Shown here piece after piece: positions 56,980 through 64,000 of a DNA stretch of 64,000 nt (position 1 is its first letter; each line of letters starts with the position of its first letter). This DNA comes from Escherichia phage AV108. Below the pieces are notes generated by a model. The model had not been told where the DNA came from. It saw only the letters and a list, made by a program, of their open reading frames with translations, and did no database searches. Where the stretch lies: the sequence record OR352938.1; one strand, written 5' to 3'. The position numbers were made by a program, and so were the translations under genes.

Positions 56980-57336
56980 TTAAAAATCTTCTTCCGGTTT
57001 ATATCGACCGTCATCGACTGGTTTTGGACTGAATCCTTTATGCGTGCGCGGCTTCGCTTCCGGTTTACCAGCAATCATCAAACCAAAACATTTCAGCCCC
57101 TTATAACACATAACAATATCAACCACGGTCCACGTTATAGGCCATACGATTGCAGCAATACAAAATGCTCCTGTATCGACCTCTTTGGTGTCCTTGTCGA
57201 ATCTGGCGTACAAGCAGAATACTAGATACGAGATCATTGCACCAGTAGTCCAGATATAAAGCACATTAACAATATCTTGTGTTGTCACATTATCCTCCTT
57301 ACATGTCTTGCAGTGCATAAAAGCATTTTTCTTCAT
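56980..57336 (-). CDS. hypothetical membrane protein
   Basis: About 118 aa with two hydrophobic helices. Confidence 0.4.
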   Translation of the reverse strand: MKKNAFMHCKTCKEDNVTTQDIVNVLYIWTTGAMISYLVFCLYARFDKDTKEVDTGAFCIAAIVWPITWTVVDIVMCYKGLKCFGLMIAGKPEAKPRTHKGFSPKPVDDGRYKPEEDF

Positions 57337-57577
57337 AGTCATAGAAAATGTCAAAGTATGCCTTTTCCACATACTCGCCATTAATCCAAGCGGCAGTAAC
57401 AATCAGAGTGGTCCAGTTAGATCCGCTCTCAACGGTAAAGGTTTTAATACCCAGCTTCGCTGCCAAGTCGAACGCAAACCGGACGCAACCACGACAGGAA
57501 GTGATATTGGAAGTTTTGATTTTAAAGCCACCGCGAGTTTTAGAAATTTCTACTTTAGCGAAAGACAGGTTGCTCAT
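57299..57577 (-). CDS. hypothetical protein
   Basis: About 92 aa from MSNLSFAKVE with AAGGAG RBS. Confidence 0.4.
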   Translation of the reverse strand: MSNLSFAKVEISKTRGGFKIKTSNITSCRGCVRFAFDLAAKLGIKTFTVESGSNWTTLIVTAAWINGEYVEKAYFDIFYDYEEKCFYALQDM

Positions 57578-57619
57578 TTTGATTCTCCTTAAAAAAGTGT
57601 GTTTCGTTTTGATGTGTGT

Positions 57620-57648
57620 AGTATAGGGGATCACCGATCCCCTGTCAA
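57620..57648 (-). promoter_or_regulatory. sigma70-type promoter with hairpin filling the spacer, two GATC sites
   Basis: TTGACA-(ggggatcggtgatcccc, 17 nt)-TATACT. Confidence 0.55.
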
Positions 57649-57656
57649 CAACTTTT

Positions 57657-57920
57657 TTATGATTTTAGTGAATTAACCACTACATCAAAATGATGTACAG
57701 AGCACACCTTACGAAACACATACTCATCATGTTTAGGGGTCGCCCCCAACCTCTCTATTTCGCTCGCCATAACGACAAACTGTTTATCTGGTGCATATGC
57801 CTTGTGTGCTTCAACAACGCACGGAAAACGCGTTTTAGAGAGTTCTGGATAGTTTTCTGAATCCAGAAGGACGATGAATACCCTATTACATTGATTGTAG
57901 AATCCGGTTTTTGATTTCAT
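57657..57920 (-). CDS. hypothetical protein
   Basis: About 87 aa; start uncertain, overlaps the upstream ORF. Confidence 0.3.
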   Translation of the reverse strand: MKSKTGFYNQCNRVFIVLLDSENYPELSKTRFPCVVEAHKAYAPDKQFVVMASEIERLGATPKHDEYVFRKVCSVHHFDVVVNSLKS

Positions 57921-58227
57921 CAAGTTTTCTTCTCTGTGCAATTCGTGCAATCTTCCTTTCATGATTTCGTTGGTTCCTGTCTTCATAGTCTACCCACTCA
58001 ACAAGATCTTTACCTAACTCGAAAGCCCATTCTCGATCCTGCTTTACGTTTTGTAGGTATGAGCTTTCCGACACTCGACGAAGTGATGTTGTCGTAACAA
58101 GAATGATCTCAGGAATGGTCGGATGTTCTTTTCCATATACAATAGGACGCGAGTCACTATCAATACCTTGTAAGAAGGTGTATCCTGAATCACTTAGAAT
58201 CATATACTTTTTCATTTCACACATCAC
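57886..58227 (-). CDS. hypothetical protein
   Basis: 113-aa ORF, basic C-terminus. Confidence 0.4.
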   Translation of the reverse strand: MMCEMKKYMILSDSGYTFLQGIDSDSRPIVYGKEHPTIPEIILVTTTSLRRVSESSYLQNVKQDREWAFELGKDLVEWVDYEDRNQRNHERKIARIAQRRKLDEIKNRILQSM

Positions 58228-58481
58228 AGTTTCCTCAACCAGTTATTCAAGCGAGTAAACCATGATGCTTTTCGTGCTTCTTTTACTTTATGTGCACGTA
58301 AACCACTGAAACACCATTCATAATCATCACTGAAACATGATTCAACAGGAACACCCGCATTTCGTAGTTCTCTGGTCTTTATCATGAATCCTTGACATAA
58401 GGGGCGACCTTCAACAATGATAGGAAGTTTAACTTTTTCCATGAAAGTATACCCAGCACGGTCAATAATTTCAATTTTCAT
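58224..58481 (-). CDS. hypothetical protein
   Basis: 85-aa ORF. Confidence 0.4.
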   Translation of the reverse strand: MKIEIIDRAGYTFMEKVKLPIIVEGRPLCQGFMIKTRELRNAGVPVESCFSDDYEWCFSGLRAHKVKEARKASWFTRLNNWLRKL

Positions 58482-58725
58482 TTACATTATCTCCATAGAT
58501 CTTTCCAGCAATATCAATTTCACCAGCGCGAACATCTAGGATAAGATGCGGTAGGTGTATGCAGTTTTCCCACCCTACGCGCTTCATTTCTTCTACGGTA
58601 ACGTAAGCCCACCCGTTCGCTGTAATAAAGTCTACTTCAACCTTGAGAGGAAAGCAAGACTTTTCTATGTCTTCGAATCCGACAATATGTTTTGTTGTTG
58701 AATATGGAATATATCCGGTGATCAT
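58471..58725 (-). CDS. hypothetical protein
   Basis: 84-aa ORF. Confidence 0.4.
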   Translation of the reverse strand: MITGYIPYSTTKHIVGFEDIEKSCFPLKVEVDFITANGWAYVTVEEMKRVGWENCIHLPHLILDVRAGEIDIAGKIYGDNVNEN

Positions 58726-59156
58726 TTTGTGATCTCCTTATACTCAACACACCATAAGCGGGTAGCCCATGATAAACGCTCATAACGCTGGCAGAAATCG
58801 GACCATAGATATTGTGCACCGTTCGGCATAGTTGAAATATGCGTTTTCTCTCCAACTTTCACGAAAGAAGTATTCGATTTTGTGATCTCGACCGGAGTAT
58901 ATCCGAAAGCGGGTTCCAAGCCAACATCTGAACTAAATGCCAATTTAACAGAATTTGTTTTTCTGACCGCTGTCCGGTTTCCTTCTGGGTATAGCACAGC
59001 AGGTTTAGCGCCTAAGCGGATAAACTCAGTATTTTTAATGAACAGAATATCATGATAACCGTCATATTCTGACACTTCCATAGTAACAGGAAAATCGACA
59101 TGTGCTAAACCTGGTAGATCTCGCATATCATGAAAGGTCGCCATCAACTTTTTCAT
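58722..59156 (-). CDS. hypothetical protein
   Basis: About 144 aa from MKKLMATF. Confidence 0.4.
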   Translation of the reverse strand: MKKLMATFHDMRDLPGLAHVDFPVTMEVSEYDGYHDILFIKNTEFIRLGAKPAVLYPEGNRTAVRKTNSVKLAFSSDVGLEPAFGYTPVEITKSNTSFVKVGEKTHISTMPNGAQYLWSDFCQRYERLSWATRLWCVEYKEITK

Positions 59157-59166
59157 TCTATATTCC

Positions 59167-59364
59167 TCACTCTTCTGTTTCATTTCTTTTATATGGTACG
59201 ATAACAGGATTAATACAGCAAGCACCAATTACGTTATGAGCACCACAATTTAAACATTTATAGTCATGGAACTTATTAAGGAATCGACCAAACTCATAAC
59301 CGACTAGCGCCGCATGTACTTGAGTCTCGATCTCATCCATATCAGCCAATGTTTTAACCTTCAT
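59167..59364 (-). CDS. small cysteine-rich protein
   Basis: About 65 aa; CLNCGAHNVIGACC cluster. Confidence 0.35.
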   Translation of the reverse strand: MKVKTLADMDEIETQVHAALVGYEFGRFLNKFHDYKCLNCGAHNVIGACCINPVIVPYKRNETEE

Positions 59365-59374
59365 AGTATAATCC

Positions 59375-59665
59375 TCAAATGGTAGTTTTGCGAAGATGGT
59401 CATTACATGCTTTTAATGCATCAGTCGCGGTGTCATAGCGAGTATTATCATAGCACCAATAACCATCTGTCAACTGATAAATTAATCCATCCTTTTTAGC
59501 TTCGATGAAAGATAACTCTTTGAAAGTTTCTACTTTCTTTGCTGATACTCCACGGTCACGGCGTTTATAGAGTTTAGCTAAAATGCGTTCAGCTTGTTCC
59601 TCTTTATCACCTGACAGATCCCAGATGATGTTTCGGATATGCTTGATTAATTGTTCAGTGGTCAT
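59375..59665 (-). CDS. hypothetical protein
   Basis: 96-aa ORF with AAGGAG RBS. Confidence 0.4.
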   Translation of the reverse strand: MTTEQLIKHIRNIIWDLSGDKEEQAERILAKLYKRRDRGVSAKKVETFKELSFIEAKKDGLIYQLTDGYWCYDNTRYDTATDALKACNDHLRKTTI

Positions 59666-59694
59666 CTTTGATTCTCCTTAGTTGGTATGCGTGC

Positions 59695-59722
59695 ATTATA
59701 GCATTGTGATTATCTTTGTCAA
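59695..59722 (-). promoter_or_regulatory. sigma70-type early promoter
   Basis: TTGACA-N16-TATAAT directly downstream of a terminator. Confidence 0.55.
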
Positions 59723-59726
59723 CACC

Positions 59727-59760
59727 CAAAAACAAAAAAAGGCTACCCCGAAGGATAGCC
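59727..59760 (-). terminator. intrinsic terminator after the gp38-like gene
   Basis: ggctatcc-ttcg-gggtagcc hairpin followed by a long T-run on the leftward strand. Confidence 0.55.
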
Positions 59761-59768
59761 CATAAAAA

Positions 59769-60545
59769 TTACACGCGAGCACCGTAGATCGTGCCTACTT
59801 TATCCCAGCGAGGGGCATTGCCAGTAACAGCCTTACCAGCCGCTCCGCCATTATACTCTGTACCGTTCCCCTGAGTATTACATCTTCCTCCAGCAGCACC
59901 AACGTTACCGCCCGCACCGCCTGTATATGCACTAAGAGACCCCGAACCAACAGATCCTTTACCCGGAGCGGAAATGGAGCCAGCGGTTGCACCAGAACCC
60001 ATATTAGAGGAAGACCCGGCAGCACCGAATGGGCGACCACCGCCACCACCAAATACTAGTCGACCCCTGTTACCTCCACCGCCGCCACCGCCGCCACCAG
60101 CGATAGCACCGTTATTTGTAATTCGTAGACGTGTACCGATAGCGTTATTGATTGCGTTTCCACCAGCAGCGCCAGCAGCGTTACTACCACCATTACCCCC
60201 ACGTCCGTAGACAGTCACACCGGAGTTAATGATCAATGTTACATATTCGTTTGTTAACGAGCTAGGGAAGTCAAGACAAGGAACGCCAGTAGATTGGGAA
60301 ACAATATCACCCGTGATAGTAATTACTACAGGAGTAGATCCTTGTGCTTTCATCCAGTTAATAAGAGTGTCTTTATTGTAAGAGTTACTAGCACCAATGC
60401 TATAATGAATCTCTTTAGAGCGTCCGACCATTGCCGACATATACGCCGGACGACCTAAGCGTACAGCTTGCATTGCGGCGCTCATCCACCGTTGACCAGT
60501 CTCGGACACAGCAGATGATCCTACCCATCCAGAAGATATTGCCAT
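59769..60545 (-). CDS. glycine-rich protein resembling gp38-type tail fiber adhesin
   Basis: 258 aa; N-terminal GWVGSSAVSETGQRWMS-type segment then several glycine-rich motifs (GRGGNGGSN, GGGGGGGGGNRG, GGGGGRPFGAAG, GGAGGNVGAAGG) separated by short variable stretches; GAGGAA RBS. Confidence 0.5.
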   Translation of the reverse strand: MAISSGWVGSSAVSETGQRWMSAAMQAVRLGRPAYMSAMVGRSKEIHYSIGASNSYNKDTLINWMKAQGSTPVVITITGDIVSQSTGVPCLDFPSSLTNEYVTLIINSGVTVYGRGGNGGSNAAGAAGGNAINNAIGTRLRITNNGAIAGGGGGGGGGNRGRLVFGGGGGRPFGAAGSSSNMGSGATAGSISAPGKGSVGSGSLSAYTGGAGGNVGAAGGRCNTQGNGTEYNGGAAGKAVTGNAPRWDKVGTIYGARV

Positions 60546-60599
60546 AAAATTTCCTCACAAGAAAAGCCCCATTTAAGGTGCATTGATTGATAATATTAC

Positions 60600-60821
60600 T
60601 TAGATGATCTCTGCTTCACCATTCAGGAAGAAAGACCATGTTTTGTTAGGATAGCGAAGCGCCCATGATTCAGCAGTTTTAACACCCGCTTCGAACAATT
60701 GACGGCTGGTTACTTTAGCCATACCATCGAAGATGGCAACGTTTTCAATAATCATCGGGTACTTAGCGCCACGCATGAAACCGAAACCAGCGGAAGATTT
60801 GATAATTTTAACAGTTGCCAT
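60600..60821 (-). CDS. hypothetical protein
   Basis: About 73 aa from MATVKIIKSS with AGGAGA RBS; immediately upstream of the gp38-like gene. Confidence 0.4.
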   Translation of the reverse strand: MATVKIIKSSAGFGFMRGAKYPMIIENVAIFDGMAKVTSRQLFEAGVKTAESWALRYPNKTWSFFLNGEAEII

Positions 60822-60862
60822 TTTGATTCTCCTAGAAAGTGTATCTCGTTTCGATGGGTGTA

Positions 60863-60890
60863 TTATGCAATAACACCGGATCGCTGTCAA
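60863..60890 (-). promoter_or_regulatory. sigma70-type early promoter
   Basis: TTGACA-N16-CATAAT; ggtgt/acacc inverted repeat around the -10; GATC in spacer. Confidence 0.5.
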
Positions 60891-60907
60891 CACTTTCTAA
60901 GAAATTT

Positions 60908-61192
60908 TTAAACTAATCGAATATAACCCAGAATTTCAGCACTTTTAGCCAGATCTAAAACTTCCCATTCAAGGTCTCCATAGTCATAATTTGCAACCAT
61001 CAACTGACCATTTTTCATGCAGCAATCATGAGAGAAAATTTGCCCCGCATAAACTACGATAGTGATAAACTTTCCTGATTCTGGCGGTGTGGAAGACAAA
61101 GCGGCCATATGACCATTCAGCTTAGTCACCAGTGATGGAACAATAAAATTCGGGCTTACCTTAATACCGTTAAATTCGTTTGTGTCTTTCAT
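60908..61192 (-). CDS. hypothetical protein
   Basis: 94-aa ORF. Confidence 0.4.
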   Translation of the reverse strand: MKDTNEFNGIKVSPNFIVPSLVTKLNGHMAALSSTPPESGKFITIVVYAGQIFSHDCCMKNGQLMVANYDYGDLEWEVLDLAKSAEILGYIRLV

Positions 61193-61539
61193 GCCAGACC
61201 TCGCAAAACACTAATAGCATAATCATGCTGGTTATTCATAATATCAATTGCATTGTGATAACGAGCTAAACCATCAAGGATAAATTCTTGTTTATCTTGT
61301 TTCAGTTTGGTATCACGCGCAGCCATAAGAGCATCAAGAACAGGTCCAAAGTGATTATCTAATTCATCTTCGGTTGCAATGTTTCCTATTGCCTCGTCGA
61401 TCCGTGATTCTAATGCTTGCTTTTCGTTGATCACTTGCTGGGTATATTCCAACACATCAAGAATATCGCGGGTAACATCGCCATGATAAGGTATTCCCGC
61501 ATGAAGATGATCAATTAGTCGTTGAATGTCAATGTTCAT
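61189..61539 (-). CDS. hypothetical protein
   Basis: 116-aa ORF. Confidence 0.4.
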   Translation of the reverse strand: MNIDIQRLIDHLHAGIPYHGDVTRDILDVLEYTQQVINEKQALESRIDEAIGNIATEDELDNHFGPVLDALMAARDTKLKQDKQEFILDGLARYHNAIDIMNNQHDYAISVLRGLA

Positions 61540-61874
61540 TTGTAACCCTCCTCTGAAAGCACATCCCAGATCGTTGAGTCAAGGTGCATTAAATTCCACA
61601 TAATAGAGTCATAACTACCGAAGCCAGAAGTAAAAATTACATCACACTGGCGATAGGTCTTATGAAAATCGGTGGCTGTCTCTGCATCAATAGGCATATC
61701 GTCACCGGAAAGCACCAGACATTTAAGAATCATAACTCTGTTAGCCGTTGGCGCTTGCTTAGTCTTTTCAGCATATTTTTCGATGATCCGTTTTGCCTTT
61801 TCTTCTTTGATACGTCCAGACCAAATCCGGTTTCGGTATTGATTCATAATAATTTCAATCACATCATTTTGCAT
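61536..61874 (-). CDS. hypothetical protein
   Basis: 112-aa ORF. Confidence 0.4.
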   Translation of the reverse strand: MQNDVIEIIMNQYRNRIWSGRIKEEKAKRIIEKYAEKTKQAPTANRVMILKCLVLSGDDMPIDAETATDFHKTYRQCDVIFTSGFGSYDSIMWNLMHLDSTIWDVLSEEGYK

Positions 61875-62073
61875 TCTTCACGGTCTCCATAATTGTTTTG
61901 TAAGCCAGTTTAAGATGATCACCGAAAAACTTTGCGGTGTTACCCTTCGGATCGCGGAGCATGGTTTCTACGATCTCATCGGCAGTAACAATTTCTCCTT
62001 TCTTTGCTGCATGTTCTACCATATACTTCAAAGTTTCTTCGGAAGCAAGTGCTGCCGCTACTGGATTAATCAT
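61864..62073 (-). CDS. hypothetical protein
   Basis: 69-aa ORF with AAGGAG RBS. Confidence 0.4.
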   Translation of the reverse strand: MINPVAAALASEETLKYMVEHAAKKGEIVTADEIVETMLRDPKGNTAKFFGDHLKLAYKTIMETVKNAK

Positions 62074-62096
62074 TTTTGATTCTCCTTTGTTGTCGA

Positions 62097-62125
62097 TATG
62101 TGCATTATGCTATACCCTATTCCGG
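62097..62125 (-). promoter_or_regulatory. sigma70-type early promoter
   Basis: TTGACA-N17-CATAAT immediately downstream of a terminator. Confidence 0.55.
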
Positions 62126-62130
62126 TTGTC

Positions 62131-62166
62131 AACACCTAAAAACGAAAAAGCCACCCTTTCGGATGG
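62131..62166. terminator. hairpin terminator
   Basis: agccaccc-tttc-ggatggct hairpin flanked by A-run and T-run; same sequence family as 49103-49139. Confidence 0.5.
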
Positions 62167-62402
62167 CTTTTTGATTATATTTTATTCACGTCCATTTGTA
62201 TAGTAGTGTTTGAATCGACCTTTGCTAAACTAGTTAAACATAGTAACCAATTCACCATCCCTTTCCAATGATAACCCTTCCTCATCTTAGACGGGTCTTC
62301 CGATTCGGTAGTAATTGAACACGCGAAAGTATGAGGAAGCCAAATAGTTGTGTTAATGCTAGTATTCTTTTACTTCTGGTATGCATCCCACAGTGACTAA
62401 CA

Positions 62403-62801
62403 TTAATCCAGTCGAGTGAGTTTATAAATTGTTTTAAAGCATAGAGCTTTGATATCGTCTAAAACGCTCTGTAACGAGCTATCAACATCATTATAAATCT
62501 CACTAGCCATTTGCGTTAACTCTTGCAAATAGGCAATTTCGCTAATCTCCTTGCGGACGACCAACTTTGGCTGATAACGACCAGTGATCCCAATATTGGT
62601 TTCAGTGAAATTATCAACCAATTCTTGCATTTCAAGATAGAACTCTTCTAGAGCCTTATGTTTTGCATAAGATCCAGGACCAGTTACCCCAAAATGCGCA
62701 GAATGCATATAAGTAACACTCATCAGACATTCACCGATAAAGCGGTCAACTTTATTAGCCTTTCCCTCTTCGGACGTCTTTAGAAAATCACTGAATTTCA
62801 T
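62403..62801 (-). CDS. hypothetical protein (rI.-1 position)
   Basis: About 132 aa from MKFSDFLK; directly downstream of rI as in T4. Confidence 0.4.
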   Translation of the reverse strand: MKFSDFLKTSEEGKANKVDRFIGECLMSVTYMHSAHFGVTGPGSYAKHKALEEFYLEMQELVDNFTETNIGITGRYQPKLVVRKEISEIAYLQELTQMASEIYNDVDSSLQSVLDDIKALCFKTIYKLTRLD

Positions 62802-63090
62802 GTTCTCGATTCTCCATATTATGCAACAGAACAAATTGTTGTGCGGCATATCCCCCCATAATAAAACACTGCCTAGAATCCATACATTTACTACGAGCAT
62901 ACATCTTCATAATATGGGCATGAAATTTCTGGCTGGTTTCAATGGAAGGAGATATTTTGTTTACATATACTATCATTGCGCCGTCGAAATAATCAGTAAA
63001 GTCACCAGTTGGATCATATTGATCAGCACTGACACTTCCGACCGCAGTCAAGCATATTGCCGCTGTTAGAGTTTTACGAATAAATGACAT
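62788..63090 (-). CDS. rI: lysis inhibition regulator rI
   Basis: 100 aa; N-terminal signal-anchor; QKFHAHIMKMY...C...C...GGYAAQQ pattern matches T4 RI; adjacent to tk. Confidence 0.7.
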   Translation of the reverse strand: MSFIRKTLTAAICLTAVGSVSADQYDPTGDFTDYFDGAMIVYVNKISPSIETSQKFHAHIMKMYARSKCMDSRQCFIMGGYAAQQFVLLHNMENREHEIQ

Positions 63091-63123
63091 AAGTCATTCC
63101 CCCAGATTGAAAATATTCAGTTA

Positions 63124-63131
63124 TATTTATA
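63124..63131 (-). promoter_or_regulatory. T4-type late promoter (TATAAATA) upstream of rI
   Basis: Exact TATAAATA on the leftward strand about 35 nt before the rI start. Confidence 0.5.
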
Positions 63132-63158
63132 ATCCGGGGCTTTATTTATGATTAACTC

Positions 63159-63755
63159 TTATTTGGTAGTACCATCAATAAAATGTTTACGACACACAGA
63201 AACATATTTATCCTCTGCACCAACTTCTATTTGAGCACCATCGCGAATAACATTACCATCTTTATCTACGCGAAGGACCATAGTCGCTTTCTTGCCACAA
63301 TGACAAATACCCTTCATTTCGACCAGTTTATCAGCAAATGCCATTAATGCCGCAGATCCTTCAAATAGATTGCCCTGAAAGTCAGTGCGAAGGCCATAGC
63401 ACAGTACAGGGATATTAGCATCATCAACAAGCGCACACAAGCCTAAAACATGCTCTTTAGTCATAAATTGGGCTTCATCTACAAATACAGCATCAGGACG
63501 CCAGCGATCCGTTCTACGCTTACCTAGTGATTCACGATAAACCAAGTCGAAAAGATCATCCGATTTAGTGAAGGTGATCGCTGGAGCACTTAGACCAATT
63601 CGGGAAACGACTTCACTTTCTGAATCTCGATTATCAATCGCTGGTTTAAGAATTAATACTCGCATATCACGTTCGGTATAGTTATAAGCACTTTGTAACA
63701 GAGAAGTTGATTTGCCAGCGTTCATAGATGCATAGTAGAAATATAATTGCGCCAT
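63159..63755 (-). CDS. tk: thymidine kinase
   Basis: Walker A MNAGKST; LILKPAIDNRDS; VFVDEAQF; YGLRTDF; CHCGKKA zinc motif; matches T4 and E. coli Tdk. Confidence 0.9.
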   Translation of the reverse strand: MAQLYFYYASMNAGKSTSLLQSAYNYTERDMRVLILKPAIDNRDSESEVVSRIGLSAPAITFTKSDDLFDLVYRESLGKRRTDRWRPDAVFVDEAQFMTKEHVLGLCALVDDANIPVLCYGLRTDFQGNLFEGSAALMAFADKLVEMKGICHCGKKATMVLRVDKDGNVIRDGAQIEVGAEDKYVSVCRKHFIDGTTK

Positions 63756-63991
63756 TAATTAATCTCCAAAAATCCAACAAGACCTAAACCGATATAAGTC
63801 CAGATACAAAGGAAAAAGAAGCAAACACCCATAGCAAAGATAAATCCGCGTAGTGTCTTTGGATAACCTACCCAATATTCCCGACCATCTTCTAACCGGA
63901 TCAACTTATTGCCTTGCGAGTCCATATCAACTACAACATGTTTATTTCGAGATTGCAATAGATATTGTTTTACAATCTCTACACCCGCCAT
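63755..63991 (-). CDS. hypothetical membrane protein
   Basis: 78-aa ORF with C-terminal hydrophobic stretch; coupled to tk. Confidence 0.4.
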   Translation of the reverse strand: MAGVEIVKQYLLQSRNKHVVVDMDSQGNKLIRLEDGREYWVGYPKTLRGFIFAMGVCFFFLCIWTYIGLGLVGFLEIN

Positions 63992-64000
63992 AATAACAAT

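Noticed and set aside
59974-60210. Proline-rich rightward ORF (PPPPPPPPP) and the leftward 59795-60052 ORF
   Set aside because: Alternative frames of the GC-rich glycine codon runs of the gp38-like gene; the 258-aa frame is the only one with a start, RBS and terminator
62403-62801. Possible Dps/ferritin-like four-helix-bundle similarity (HSAHFGVTGPGSYAKHKALEEFY)
   Set aside because: Resemblance rests on one short segment and the protein is shorter than Dps; position matches T4 rI.-1, so left as hypothetical
1-64000. Search for CRISPR arrays, tRNA or rRNA genes, integrase or IS elements
   Set aside because: No regularly spaced direct repeats, no cloverleaf-like or rRNA-like segments, and no recombinase-like ORF seen; the only mobile-type gene is the HNH endonuclease

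Overview
This window is a contiguous segment of a T4-like (Tevenvirinae-type) myovirus genome. Positions 1-6850 carry rightward late genes: long-tail-fiber genes 35, 36 and 37 (gp37 ends in an intramolecular-chaperone-type domain) and holin t. From 6850 to the end essentially every gene is leftward: the classical T4 early/middle replication-recombination block in T4 order (52, rIIB, rIIA, fused 39, dexA, dda, srd-like, Mod-like ADP-ribosyltransferase, 56-like, HNH endonuclease, 61, 41, uvsX, 43, regA, 62, 44, 45, 46, 47, 55, nrdG, nrdD, 49, nrdC, dam, rI, tk), interspersed with about 60 small ORFs of unknown function. Intergenic gaps hold many sigma70-type early promoters (TTGACA-N16-18-TATAAT-like) embedded in conserved stem-loops, plus hairpin-U terminators. 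Most notable: a gp38-type glycine-rich adhesin-like gene displaced onto the opposite strand inside the early region; an expanded paralogous family of 8 genes flanking nrdG/nrdD; an uncharacterised P-loop NTPase operon beside gene 55; a secreted LprI/DUF1311-like protein; and no beta-gt/42/imm or alpha-gt at their T4 positions. No rRNA, tRNA, CRISPR array or integrase was found. All calls rest on reading the translations and sequence by eye, with no database search; the supplied ORF track appears to accept GTG/TTG starts, so true starts are often downstream, and hand-derived coordinates of small elements may be off by 1-2 bp.
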